A stretch of 62,694 nt of DNA, counting the filler. It is 4 parts of 4 records of this genome, joined end to end, with 100 filler letters (N's around TTAATTAATTAA, not from the genome) between each part and the next. Parts side by side here need not be neighbours in the genome. Positions count along the whole stretch, not along the records: positions 1 to 13,250 come from SRR20825006_1695; 3 more parts are not named here. One strand, 5' to 3'. The notes beneath the pieces were generated by a model. It did not search any database, was not told where the DNA came from, and worked only from the letters and a program-made list of their open reading frames with translations. The stretch's first letter is position 1. Each line of letters begins with the position of its first letter. The position numbers were made by a program, and so were the translations under genes. Below are positions 1 to 9,998 of the stretch, piece by piece.

Positions 1-1788
1 TTCTAAAGGACTTAAACTTATTTGAATAGGAATTTCAGTTCCATTTTTATGAACACCATAAAGATCTTTTTCCACACCCATAGATCTATAGTTTGGGTTA
101 CCATAAAAACTATCTTCATACATTTTTATATTACCTGGCAGTGAATCTGGAATGAGTATTTCAACAGCTTTGCCCAGTAATTCAAGAGATGTGTAACCAA
201 ACATTATTTCTGCTTGCTTATTTATTATCTGAATCTCTCTTTGTTCATTTACAATCACCATTGCATCTGGTGCAGATTCTAATAAACCTTTAAACTTATT
301 TTCAGCTATTCGTTGTTGGCTAATATCTTGGCAGGTACCAATCATCTTTACTACCTCACCATTTGTATTAGTGTATACAACTCCTTGCAATTGTACGGTT
401 TTTGTTTTCCCATTTGTAATAATATGATGTGTAAAACTTTTAAAATGTGCAGTGGTTAAGGCATGATCAAAATATTCCGTAACAAGGTCCTTATCATCAG
501 GATGCACAAAATTAAAATAGGTGTTAAAGTTTAAAGCTGTTGTTTCTTTATCCAGCTCAAACATATTGTAGAGGTTATTGGACCATTGTACCTTGTCTAT
601 AATTACGTCCCAATGCCAATGCCCAATCTTATTAATCTCTTCTGCCAAGTTTAATAGTTGGTTTTTTTGCAATAATTCATTCTTAATCTTTTTTCTTTCA
701 GAAATATCGAATGAAATTCCTAACACGCCTATTTTTTCCCCTAAATCATTTAAAATAGCTGAAAGCGTAAGTTGAATAGGGAAGGTAGTGCCATTTTTTC
801 TTACGCATACCCATTCGCGGGTATCATGTTCATTGTGTTTTGCTAATTCATTAAAAGGGTTGCATTCATGTGGATCAATACCATATCTAGTAGCAATATC
901 TGTTTTAAATTGATCCAACTCTTCATCTAGTTGAAGAATTTCAGGTTTATTAATTCCTATCATTTCAGAAGCTGAATACCCAGTTAATAGTTCTGCTCCA
1001 TAATTAAAATGTTTAATAATGCCATCTGTTCCAATTGATATAATTGAAACTGGCCCAGTATTTAAGATAGCTTTCAACTCTGAATTAACTTTGTTTAAAG
1101 CCAATTTTGATTCTCTTAGACTATGTTTAGAAAAGTTTAATTGTTTATTTAATTCTGTTAATTCAATATTTCTATTTAATAATTGCTTTACTCCAGGCAT
1201 ATAGACCAATAAATACTCAATTAAAAAAAGTAGAACAGAGATAAATGCTAATATAAACATGGTTCGTACTAAGCACCTTAGATTTTCTTCGGGAAATTTT
1301 TGGTATTCTTCAACGACAGCATCCATTGATAAAAGAAAAGAGGATTCTGCAACCGTAATGGTAGATAAATTACTATTTAATAACGCCGAATTAGGGTCAG
1401 TGCTAATATTCCGAGAAGCAGTAAGTATCTTGTTTAGGTGAGGTTCACTAATATGTAATAAGGAGTCAATTAACTTATTGTTTTCATCTTCCTTATTATG
1501 AGAAACAAGATAGTGATGAGAATTTTCTAATTCATCAGTAACTTCTTTTAACGATTTTAAATAATTAATTTTAAGGGTGTCTGTAAGTTCATTATTTAAA
1601 GCAAAAGCATATTTAGCAACGCTTTCGTATAACATTCGTTGTTTTCCAGACTTACCTATTAAAAAAGCATGATGTCTTTGTGATTCGGCACTTTGATGAA
1701 CTATATAGAGCGCTGCACCTATTATTATAAGCAGTGTAACAATAAGTAGAATATACCTATTTTTAATAATCTTGGTAAATTTTTCCAT
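1..1788 (-). CDS. Membrane-bound multi-PAS sensor protein, probably a histidine kinase; 3' end runs off the window
   Basis: Absent from the ORF track; I translated it from ATG at 1788 (MEKFTKIIKNRYILLI...), open to position 1. It has two TM segments, a PilJ/NarX-like motif (GKSGKQRML) and three PAS/PAC units (FNYGAELLTGYS..EMIG; IGHWHWD..VHPDD; LLESAPDAMVIVN..FGY). No kinase domain inside the window. Confidence 0.85.
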   Translation of the reverse strand, partial: MEKFTKIIKNRYILLIVTLLIIIGAALYIVHQSAESQRHHAFLIGKSGKQRMLYESVAKYAFALNNELTDTLKINYLKSLKEVTDELENSHHYLVSHNKEDENNKLIDSLLHISEPHLNKILTASRNISTDPNSALLNSNLSTITVAESSFLLSMDAVVEEYQKFPEENLRCLVRTMFILAFISVLLFLIEYLLVYMPGVKQLLNRNIELTELNKQLNFSKHSLRESKLALNKVNSELKAILNTGPVSIISIGTDGIIKHFNYGAELLTGYSASEMIGINKPEILQLDEELDQFKTDIATRYGIDPHECNPFNELAKHNEHDTREWVCVRKNGTTFPIQLTLSAILNDLGEKIGVLGISFDISERKKIKNELLQKNQLLNLAEEINKIGHWHWDVIIDKVQWSNNLYNMFELDKETTALNFNTYFNFVHPDDKDLVTEYFDHALTTAHFKSFTHHIITNGKTKTVQLQGVVYTNTNGEVVKMIGTCQDISQQRIAENKFKGLLESAPDAMVIVNEQREIQIINKQAEIMFGYTSLELLGKAVEILIPDSLPGNIKMYEDSFYGNPNYRSMGVEKDLYGVHKNGTEIPIQISLSPLE

Positions 1789-2492
1789 CCTAATACTAAT
1801 TTCTAAATAGTATTACAATGAATTATAAAACTTGAAAAAGTTTTATATAGGTAGGTTTGCTTTTGAATCATGAGGATGTTTAATTTATTGTCACAAATTG
1901 GCTTGTTAGGCAATTAGTTGGGAAGTTTTACATTTTATTATCTTAAACAATCATAATTGAATATTTGTAGTAAATACTTAAAAATCAAATCACAATCACA
2001 TTAATTGGGGAATATTAAATATAGCTAATTTTAATTAAATACACTAATTGTATAGCTAGTTTAGAATTAATATGCGCATAAAAGCCTAAATAGTTTTGTG
2101 TCAAAATGAAATCTTTAAACTAAAAAACTTTCATAATTTACTTTTAAACTCTTTTTTATTGAAAAGGTTTTTTTAAGAATTTTCACCTCATAGAGAAAGG
2201 TTTTAAAACTTCGATTACAACTTTTTCATAACAAGCTTATAAAACCCCAAACTACCAGTAAATATTAGAAAGTAGATAAATTAATTACATATTCCAATAC
2301 AAATAACTTTTTTGTTCATACTATCGTAAATAATCCAAGATTGAATAATTTTTTTCATTATATTTATCTGAAAATCAAATACTTCTAAAAGTGGGCTAAA
2401 GTGAATTTATTCCATTTTAGTTGTGAATTAACCATTGCATGTTTCTTTTTAATGTGCACTTTAAATAGAACAAACATTAAAAAATTAAGGAT

Positions 2493-3098
2493 ATGAAAAC
2501 GATTAAACTTTACTTGATGCTATGTGTATCTCTATTTTTTTGTAATGAAATTGATGCACAAAGAGCTATAGAACAGCTAGGGCAAAATTATTATGTAGCG
2601 GGACCAACTTCTAATGAAATTGAATCTATAGCTTCTGAACAACGTTGCCAAAATTGGTGCTGGGCAACATGTGTGCAAATGGTATTAAATTATCATGGAC
2701 TCTATGTTCAGCAAGAGCAAATAGTTCAAAAAGTATATGGAGGATTACCCTGCAACACTGGAAATGCTCAAAACATCATGAATGCACTTTCTGGATGGGC
2801 GCCAGACTCCAGAGGGAGATATTCACAAATATACGCACAATATGGTGTGTATAGTGGGTCAGATATTGTTGATCAGTTATCTAGAAAATGGCCAATAATT
2901 GTTGGGTTAAGAGAAGAAGGACATGCCTATGTTTTAACAGCTATTTATTACGCTGTTGATCAATGGAATAATCCTGTAATAGACAAAGTGGTTTTACGAG
3001 ATCCTTGGCCTAACAATCCAAGTAGAAAAGAAATGAATTGGAATACCTTCATTGCAAAACAACCAGAATTTTTTAAAGTATGGGTAAATAGGTTGTAA
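2493..3098 (+). CDS. Secreted papain-fold cysteine peptidase (C39/C70-like)
   Basis: Signal peptide, then Q..NWCWA (Cys), GHAYVL (His) and DPWP (Asp) in papain-fold order. Confidence 0.75.
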   Translation: MKTIKLYLMLCVSLFFCNEIDAQRAIEQLGQNYYVAGPTSNEIESIASEQRCQNWCWATCVQMVLNYHGLYVQQEQIVQKVYGGLPCNTGNAQNIMNALSGWAPDSRGRYSQIYAQYGVYSGSDIVDQLSRKWPIIVGLREEGHAYVLTAIYYAVDQWNNPVIDKVVLRDPWPNNPSRKEMNWNTFIAKQPEFFKVWVNRL

Positions 3099-3320
3099 TA
3101 AAATAACTTGTTGAAGGGTTTTATTTGGCTACTATTAAAGCCGTTTACTTTAAGTTTATAAGTTGCTAACTTTAATTTAAGAGTCTTAAATTAATAATGC
3201 GTTATTGGTTTTACTATATTTGATTACTACCTAATAAGTATCAATTTTATAGGACTTCATTATTATTTATGAAGTAATATGAAGTCGTTATATATAGTTT
3301 GTAGCCCTAAATAACCATCG

Positions 3321-3923
3321 TTGAAAGAAGTATTAAAAAAGAACGCCGGGATATTATTTATTGTTGTTTTCATCTTTTTACTGCTTTTAGGGAAAGATAA
3401 ACGGGAAGAGTTAGCAATCAATAAAAATAAAGAAAGCGCTATTGCAAAAATTACAAGTATAAAAAAAGGAAAAGGAAGTCACGTTAACTATGTGTTTAGG
3501 TATAAAGACAAATGGTTTTCTGACACCGATTCTTGGAATGGAAAAGCTGCCGTAAATGAGTATTTTAAAGTTGAATTCGATAAAACAAACCCTGCAAATT
3601 CAGCTATTCTTTTAAGAAATAAATCAATCAACCCAATGCGTTTGGTAAACCAAGGAGTAGAAATTAAAGCAAGCGTGAATAAAGTTGCGTATCCATCAAA
3701 AGCGTATATAGATTTATACATTTCATATACTTACAATAATGAAGAGTTTAGCTTCCGAACTCGGAAACATATAGATAGTCTACCTTGTGGTGTCGTTACT
3801 AACTGTCTTAATGCAACGATACCTTTAAAGATAAATGATAAATTTCCAGCTTTGAATAATTTGTATTATGAAAGCTATGATAGAAGTAGATTAAGAGAAA
3901 AGCTTAAATTAAAAACTGAATAG
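3321..3923 (+). CDS. Hypothetical membrane-anchored protein
   Basis: 200-aa ORF with TTG start, one N-terminal hydrophobic segment and a beta-rich remainder. Confidence 0.6.
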   Translation: MKEVLKKNAGILFIVVFIFLLLLGKDKREELAINKNKESAIAKITSIKKGKGSHVNYVFRYKDKWFSDTDSWNGKAAVNEYFKVEFDKTNPANSAILLRNKSINPMRLVNQGVEIKASVNKVAYPSKAYIDLYISYTYNNEEFSFRTRKHIDSLPCGVVTNCLNATIPLKINDKFPALNNLYYESYDRSRLREKLKLKTE

Positions 3924-3987
3924 AAGTAATTCGGCGTATTAGTGACGAACTTCTTTCCAGAGTACCAATTCCTATTAAAAGCCTGCC

Positions 3988-3995
3988 TATCTTTG
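3988..3995 (+). promoter_or_regulatory. Bacteroidota -7 promoter element for the helicase pair
   Basis: TATCTTTG matches TAnnTTTG, 14 nt before the ATG at 4010. Confidence 0.55.
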
Positions 3996-4009
3996 CCGAA
4001 AATATTTTT

Positions 4010-5356
4010 ATGCCCAATACCTTTCCCGATTTAGGAATAAATAACCAATTACACCAAAGTTTAGCAAACCTTAATATATCTGTGCCTACAGATATTCAAT
4101 GTAAAACAATTCCACAAATACTAACGCAAACCAAAGATATAGTTGCTTTAGCAAAAACAGGAAGTGGAAAAACTGCTGCTTTTGGATTACCATTATTACA
4201 ACTCATTGACACAAAAAATACAAGTGTACAAGCAGTAATTTTAGCACCAACTCGTGAATTAGGACAACAAATACATGCCAATTTAGTTTCATTTAGTTCA
4301 AATAGCCCAGAGATTTCTATAGCAGCTGTTTGTGGTGGTATTCCGATAAAACCACAAATAGAACGCTTAAAAACGGCTACACACATAATTGTTGCAACCC
4401 CTGGCCGTTTGGTCGATTTATTAAATAGAAAAGCTATTTCACTTACAAATACTACTTATTTGGTATTAGATGAAGCCGATGAAATGGTAAGTGCTTTAAA
4501 AACAGATTTAAACAGTATAGTTGCTGCTATTCCAAAGTCTCGAAGAACTCTTCTGTTTACAGCTACGATGCCTGGTACCATTAAGCAATTGGTGCAAAAC
4601 TATATGAGTAAGCATGTGTTGCATATAGAAGCAGATATGGACACGATGGGGCATCAAGGCATAGACCATCAATTTATAGTTGTAGAACCTATTGAAAAGT
4701 TGGATGTCTTGCTACATTTTTTAAGTGCTAAAGAAGGAGAACGCGGGATTATATTTTGTAAAACAAAAGCTGCTGTTAACAAACTAGCAAAAAACTTAGC
4801 AATAAATAAATTTTCGTCAGGGGCTATTCATGGAAGTCTAACACAAGCCATACGCGACCGCGTTATGGGGCAATTTAGGGAGGGGCATATAGCTATTTTG
4901 GTAGCTACAGATCTTGCTGCCCGTGGGTTAGATGTAAAAGAAATTAGTTATGTAATAAACTATCATTTGCCTGACACTTATGAAACCTATGTACATAGAA
5001 GCGGTCGAACGGCTAGGGCAGGAGCAAAAGGACTTTCAGTTACTATTTTACAGCAGGAGGAAGTTTTTGAAATCCCAGAATTTGAAGAAGAATTAGGGAT
5101 TGTTTTTAATGAGATGAAAAAACCAGATTCGCAAAGTACTGAAGAAAATAATACTTTGCTTTGGGCGAAAAAAATATTTAAAACCAAACCCAATCGAACT
5201 ATTTCTGCTGAGTTTAGGGAAAAAATTAATACCGTTTTTCATCATTTAACCAAGGAAGAGTTGGTAGATAAAATACTAGCATACCAAATAGCACAAACCG
5301 CTGTTGTTGCTCCAAAAGAAGAAGCGCCAACCAAGAAAAAGAAGAAACAAAAGTAA
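4010..5356 (+). CDS. DEAD-box RNA helicase
   Basis: Motifs AKTGSGKT, PTREL, TPGR, DEAD, ARGLD, HRSGRTARAG. Confidence 0.95.
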   Translation: MPNTFPDLGINNQLHQSLANLNISVPTDIQCKTIPQILTQTKDIVALAKTGSGKTAAFGLPLLQLIDTKNTSVQAVILAPTRELGQQIHANLVSFSSNSPEISIAAVCGGIPIKPQIERLKTATHIIVATPGRLVDLLNRKAISLTNTTYLVLDEADEMVSALKTDLNSIVAAIPKSRRTLLFTATMPGTIKQLVQNYMSKHVLHIEADMDTMGHQGIDHQFIVVEPIEKLDVLLHFLSAKEGERGIIFCKTKAAVNKLAKNLAINKFSSGAIHGSLTQAIRDRVMGQFREGHIAILVATDLAARGLDVKEISYVINYHLPDTYETYVHRSGRTARAGAKGLSVTILQQEEVFEIPEFEEELGIVFNEMKKPDSQSTEENNTLLWAKKIFKTKPNRTISAEFREKINTVFHHLTKEELVDKILAYQIAQTAVVAPKEEAPTKKKKKQK

Positions 5357-6669
5357 TGGCAAATCTTATAAAAAATCAACAAAGCATTCTTGAAAAGCTA
5401 GGGATAAAAACTTTAAACTCGATGCAAGAGGAAGCAATTTCAGTTATAGACAAAACTGAAAATACCATTTTGCTATCACCTACAGGTACAGGAAAAACGT
5501 TGGCCTTTCTATTACCAGTGATACAAACTTTAAATGCAGAGAATCCTGAAGTTCAAGCATTAATTGTAGTACCCACCCGAGAACTTGCCATACAAATAGA
5601 ACAAGTGGTTCGAAATATGGGCTCTGGGTTTAAAGTAAACGCAGTGTATGGTGGAAGGTCGAAAAGTAAAGATAAAATAGAATTAAAACACACGCCAGCT
5701 ATCTTGGTTGGTACACCAGGAAGAATTTTAGACCATTTTGATGATGATCGCTTTTCAAAAGCAAGTATAAAAACACTTGTTTTAGATGAATATGATAAAT
5801 CATTAGAGATTGGTTTTGAAGGGGAAATGCGTGAAATAATAAATGAGTTAACAAACGTTAGCAAACGTATCCTAACATCTGCCACGCAAGGTGTTGGTAT
5901 ACCTAAGTTTGTAAAATTGGCAAGTCCTATTGTACTTGATTTTCTTTTAGAAAAAATAGATCCTAAATTAGCCATCAAAACAGTAATTTCAGTCGATAAA
6001 GATAAGCTAGAAACCTTGTTATCTCTTATTACTTACCTTGGCAATCAACCAGGAATTATCTTTTGCAATTTTAGAGATAGCATTGAGTTGGTAAGTAATT
6101 TTTTAGGAAAAAACAAAATAAGTCACACCTGTTTTTCTGGCGGTATGGAACAAAAAGATCGTGAACGCGCTTTAATTAAATTCAGGAATGGAACGAGTAG
6201 GATTTTGGTGGCCACAGACCTTGCTGCTAGAGGGATTGATATCCCTGAATTAAAATTTATAATTCATTATGAGCTTCCACACTCCGCGGTAGAATTTACA
6301 CATAGAAATGGAAGAACTGCTCGAGTAAATGAAAAAGGAACTGCCTATGTTCTAAAATGGAAAAACCAGCTTTTACCAGATTTTATTGAAAAAACTGATG
6401 CAATAACTATTTCTAAAACTTCAGAGAATACTGAACAATATTGGGAAACGCTCTTTATCTCAGGCGGAAGAAAGGATAAAATTTCAAAGGGTGATATTGC
6501 AGGTTTGTTTATTAAACAAGGAAGTTTAACTCAAGAACAACTTGGGGTAATTGAGTTAAAGCAAGATTGTGCTTTTGTCGCTGTGCCGTTAACATTAGCA
6601 TCAAGCCTAGTAGAAAAACTAACAAATACAAAGCTTAAAAAGAAGAAGGTACGAGTGTATATTTTGTAA
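5356..6669 (+). CDS. DEAD-box RNA helicase with DbpA-type C-terminal RNA-binding domain
   Basis: SPTGTGKT, PTRELA, TPGR, DEYD, SAT, ARGID, HRNGRTAR; C-terminal GGRKDKISKGDIAG typical of the DbpA domain; TAATG coupling to the upstream gene. Confidence 0.92.
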   Translation: MANLIKNQQSILEKLGIKTLNSMQEEAISVIDKTENTILLSPTGTGKTLAFLLPVIQTLNAENPEVQALIVVPTRELAIQIEQVVRNMGSGFKVNAVYGGRSKSKDKIELKHTPAILVGTPGRILDHFDDDRFSKASIKTLVLDEYDKSLEIGFEGEMREIINELTNVSKRILTSATQGVGIPKFVKLASPIVLDFLLEKIDPKLAIKTVISVDKDKLETLLSLITYLGNQPGIIFCNFRDSIELVSNFLGKNKISHTCFSGGMEQKDRERALIKFRNGTSRILVATDLAARGIDIPELKFIIHYELPHSAVEFTHRNGRTARVNEKGTAYVLKWKNQLLPDFIEKTDAITISKTSENTEQYWETLFISGGRKDKISKGDIAGLFIKQGSLTQEQLGVIELKQDCAFVAVPLTLASSLVEKLTNTKLKKKKVRVYIL

Positions 6670-6696
6670 TTTGTTGTAGTTAGTTGGTTAAAATAT

Positions 6697-6752
6697 AAAA
6701 GTTCAGAAAATCGAATTTAACATGACTGCGTTAAATAAGTTTTTCCGAACCT
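6697..6752 (-). terminator. Long hairpin between convergent helicase and dps, likely an intrinsic terminator
   Basis: GTTCAGAAAA...ATTTAAC-loop-GTTAAAT...TTTTCCGAAC, with a T-rich tail on the minus strand. Confidence 0.55.
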
Positions 6753-6777
6753 TCAATTTTAATGGTTTACATACATA

Positions 6778-7269
6778 TTATACTTCGGGGTGGTTGTCGC
6801 TACTTTTCATAGCCCAAGCATCAAGCATCCAACTTATTTTCTCAATGTGACCAATAAAGCCACCAATTAAATCGATTGTACCCTCATCACCAGCTTCATC
6901 TGCTTTTTCGACAACTTTGCGCATTTGTTTTAAAAGTTTCCCGTGGTCATCTAAAAGAATTCGCACCATTTCAAGATCTTTTGTCTCTCCTGAAGATTCT
7001 TTAATATTACTCATTTCAAGATAATCAGAAAGATTACTAGTTGGTTGGTAGCGAAGTGTTAGGATGCGTTCTGCAATTTCGTCTACTTTTAGTTTTGCAT
7101 CTTCATACATTTCTTCAAATTTAATATGAAGGTCAAAAAAATTACGCCCTACAACATTCCAATGGAAGTTTCGTAATTTCTGGTAGTATAAATGGTAGTC
7201 TGCCAAAAGTATATTAAGTTCTTTCGCAGTGGCAGTTGTTTTCTTTTTATCAAGGTTTAAATAGCCCAT
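6778..7269 (-). CDS. dps: DNA starvation/stationary phase protection protein Dps
   Basis: KLRNFHWNVVGRNFFDLHIKFEE, DEIAERI and DEGT ferroxidase motifs; TATCTTTG promoter on the minus strand at 7292-7299. Confidence 0.95.
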   Translation of the reverse strand: MGYLNLDKKKTTATAKELNILLADYHLYYQKLRNFHWNVVGRNFFDLHIKFEEMYEDAKLKVDEIAERILTLRYQPTSNLSDYLEMSNIKESSGETKDLEMVRILLDDHGKLLKQMRKVVEKADEAGDEGTIDLIGGFIGHIEKISWMLDAWAMKSSDNHPEV

Positions 7270-7448
7270 AGTTTTCTTTTTTAGTTTTACTCAAAGATAA
7301 TAAACCACAATAGCGAAATCAATTTTAGAGGGGCATTTAGCCTTTTTTTAACGCTTAATATTTCAGTTATAAAACCTAAAAAGACCTTTGTTAACTAAAA
7401 ACATTCCTTGTAATTATTGTGCCTTTCTCATCAAATTATAAATATTTT

Positions 7449-7574
7449 ATGCGTACCGTTTTAGCCATTGCAATAAAAGCTGCTTTAGAAGCTGGATCAG
7501 AAATTATGAAGGTTTATGAAACTAATTTTAATATAGAACATAAAGCTGATGAATCGCCTTTAAAACAAGGTTGA
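7449..7574 (+). pseudogene. cysQ: Truncated cysQ remnant (41 aa)
   Basis: MRTVLAIAIKAALEAGSEIMKVYETNFNIEHKADESPLKQG* aligns without gaps to the N-terminus of the full CysQ at 11415 (MKNNLRIAIKAAIEAGVEILKVYGTNFQVEVKGDESPLTQA). Confidence 0.85.
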
Positions 7575-7836
7575 ATTAAGGATTTTTAAATGTATATTAT
7601 TTAATTATATAAAAATTATAGTCTGTATTTATAAAAAAAACCATCTAATGTGCAATTTTTTTTAATAAACTTAGTTTTTAAATTATTGTTTATGCAATCA
7701 AACCTAATTAAAAAAGGATAAAAGATATATTTATTTTACTTTTGTAACAGTTGTTTTTTATGAATTATATTATTTAACACAATCAAAAAAGCGTTTGCCT
7801 AAGTAAGCAAAAATTAATAAACTAAAATTCTCCCCT

Positions 7837-8487
7837 ATGTTTTTATTGAATACTAAGCGATTGTGTTTTGTGTTTTTAATTTTAATTGGATTTTCTGCTT
7901 CTTCTCAGGAAGATAAGTTTAATCGTACTTCTATTGAGTTTACAACAGGTGTTCATGTTCCATTTGCTCCAGTAGACCATATATCTAGAAGTAAATATGT
8001 TGGGTTTAAGCAATTTCAAATTTCTGGCCGCTATATGTTTACTGAAAAGTTTGGTCTAAAAGGGCACTATGCTTTTAATGGGTTTTCTTCCTCTAAAAAT
8101 AAGAATTATAAAATTAGTTTTAACCGTGTTGGCTTAGAAGCTGTTGCGAATGTAGGGAAGTTATTAAATGTTGATTACCATCTTCGTGAGCGTTTAGGAC
8201 TTTTGATACATTCGGGCTTTGGTATTACTTTAGCAAACCCCTCATTTGTTGATGGTACAGACCACATAGGAAACTTTTTAATTGGCTTAACCGGACAAAT
8301 AAAATTAAATGATAGTTTTGCGCTTTTAGGTGATATGACCTATATAAGTAGTTTTGAACAGCAATATTCTTATAAAGGCCAATTGATAAACTCTAATTTT
8401 GATCCTGTTTCAGGAAGTTTTGTAAATATTAGTATTGGTATTATGTACAATTTTGGTGAAGAACGATATCATGCAGATTGGTATTAA
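7837..8487 (+). CDS. Outer-membrane beta-barrel protein (OmpA-like barrel only)
   Basis: Signal peptide and alternating beta strands; ends in HADWY, the linker motif of flavobacterial OmpA proteins, with no peptidoglycan-binding domain. Confidence 0.65.
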   Translation: MFLLNTKRLCFVFLILIGFSASSQEDKFNRTSIEFTTGVHVPFAPVDHISRSKYVGFKQFQISGRYMFTEKFGLKGHYAFNGFSSSKNKNYKISFNRVGLEAVANVGKLLNVDYHLRERLGLLIHSGFGITLANPSFVDGTDHIGNFLIGLTGQIKLNDSFALLGDMTYISSFEQQYSYKGQLINSNFDPVSGSFVNISIGIMYNFGEERYHADWY

Positions 8488-8696
8488 TACTTCGTTATCA
8501 CCACCTTATATTTTGTTATTTTTAAAGTATTTTTTCTAAATTTATACTTTCATCTTTTATTTTTCCCCCTTTAATCTAAGAGCATAACATATAGATAACT
8601 TTATAACGTCATTTATTGACGTTTTATCGGAGATGATTTTCTATATTTGTGACTTTTAAAAATGTTAACTTTTTTAACAAATTAGGGGTTATTATA

Positions 8697-9836
8697 ATGA
8701 AAAAAATTCTTATTGTATTTGGAACCAGACCAGAAGCTATTAAAATGGCTCCTTTGGTTAAGGAGTTTGAATTACATCCAGAAGAATTTGATGTACGAGT
8801 TTGTGTAACTGCCCAACATCGTGAAATGTTAGACCAGGTTCTTACATTTTTTGACATCAAACCACAATATGATTTAGATTTAATGAAACCGGGTCAAGAC
8901 CTTTATGGTCTTACTGCTGCAATTATCACGGAATTAAAACCTGTATTAGAAAATTTTAGACCTGATTATGTTTTTGTTCATGGCGACACCACAACAACTA
9001 TGGCTTCAAGTATAGCTGGTTTTTATAGTGGTGCTAAAGTTTGTCATATTGAAGCAGGTCTTCGTACTCATAACAAATATGCGCCTTTCCCAGAGGAGAT
9101 TAACAGGCAAATAACGGGCCGACTTACGGATTATCATTTTGCACCTACTAATGCTTCCAAGGAAAATTTATTAAGAGAAAACATTGATACAAACAATATA
9201 TTAGTAACAGGTAATACTGTTATAGATGCACTAATTCAAAGTGTAGAAAAAGTTAAGCGAGAACCGAGTCCTTTGGTTAAAGAGTTAGATAATAAATTAA
9301 ATAATGCTTCTTTATTATTAGTTACTGGTCATAGAAGAGAAAATCACGGTGATGGCTTTATTCGAATTTGTGAAGCATTAAAAACAATTGCTATTGAACG
9401 TAAAGAATTGCAAATTGTTTATCCTGTACACTTAAATCCAAAAGTATTAGAACCTGTTAATCGTATATTGGGTAATATAGAAAATATTCATTTAATAGAA
9501 CCCTTAGCGTACCACGATTTTATTTGGATGATGGATCGTGCTAAAATAATTATAACGGATAGTGGTGGAGTACAAGAAGAAGCTCCGAGTCTAGGTAAAC
9601 CCGTTTTGGTTATGCGTGAAACAACCGAACGACCTGAAGCTGTAGATGCCGGAACCGTAATTTTAGTAGGTACAAATAGCCAAAAAATAATTAACGAAAC
9701 CTATGCATTATTAGACGATGATACGCATTTTAAAGAAATGAGTAGTAGACATAATCCGTATGGTGATGGAAATGCATGTATTAGGATTGTTAATTTTATG
9801 AAGGAATTAGAATTAAAAAAAGCTTTAGAAAAATAA
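8697..9836 (+). CDS. wecB: UDP-N-acetylglucosamine 2-epimerase (non-hydrolysing)
   Basis: [44 protein letters not shown] at 8697 preferred over the upstream GTG. Confidence 0.96.
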   Translation: MKKILIVFGTRPEAIKMAPLVKEFELHPEEFDVRVCVTAQHREMLDQVLTFFDIKPQYDLDLMKPGQDLYGLTAAIITELKPVLENFRPDYVFVHGDTTTTMASSIAGFYSGAKVCHIEAGLRTHNKYAPFPEEINRQITGRLTDYHFAPTNASKENLLRENIDTNNILVTGNTVIDALIQSVEKVKREPSPLVKELDNKLNNASLLLVTGHRRENHGDGFIRICEALKTIAIERKELQIVYPVHLNPKVLEPVNRILGNIENIHLIEPLAYHDFIWMMDRAKIIITDSGGVQEEAPSLGKPVLVMRETTERPEAVDAGTVILVGTNSQKIINETYALLDDDTHFKEMSSRHNPYGDGNACIRIVNFMKELELKKALEK

Positions 9837-9919
9837 TTTGCTTCAATCGTAGATGAGTGAACCATGGATTAAATATGAAAGTTAATTGCTACTGAAGATT
9901 GAACTTTTAGTTTTTTTAA

Positions 9920-9933
9920 TTGATCTATATCAA
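9920..9933. promoter_or_regulatory. Candidate FNR/CRP-family binding site
   Basis: TTGAT-CTAT-ATCAA is an exact FNR consensus in the wecB-wecC spacer. Confidence 0.3.
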
Positions 9934-9998
9934 ACCGAATGTTTTGACTCTTGCTAATGAATTGAATACTAAATAAGAATAAAAATAAAAAACAACCA

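Noticed and set aside
578-1441. Short plus-strand ORFs in the track (578, 1019, 1259) and similar antisense ORFs elsewhere
   Set aside because: They are shadows of longer genes with clear motifs, here the minus-strand PAS sensor.
4010-6669. Non-canonical helicase motifs (DEYD, TAT) as a novelty
   Set aside because: These are minor variants in otherwise complete DEAD-box proteins.
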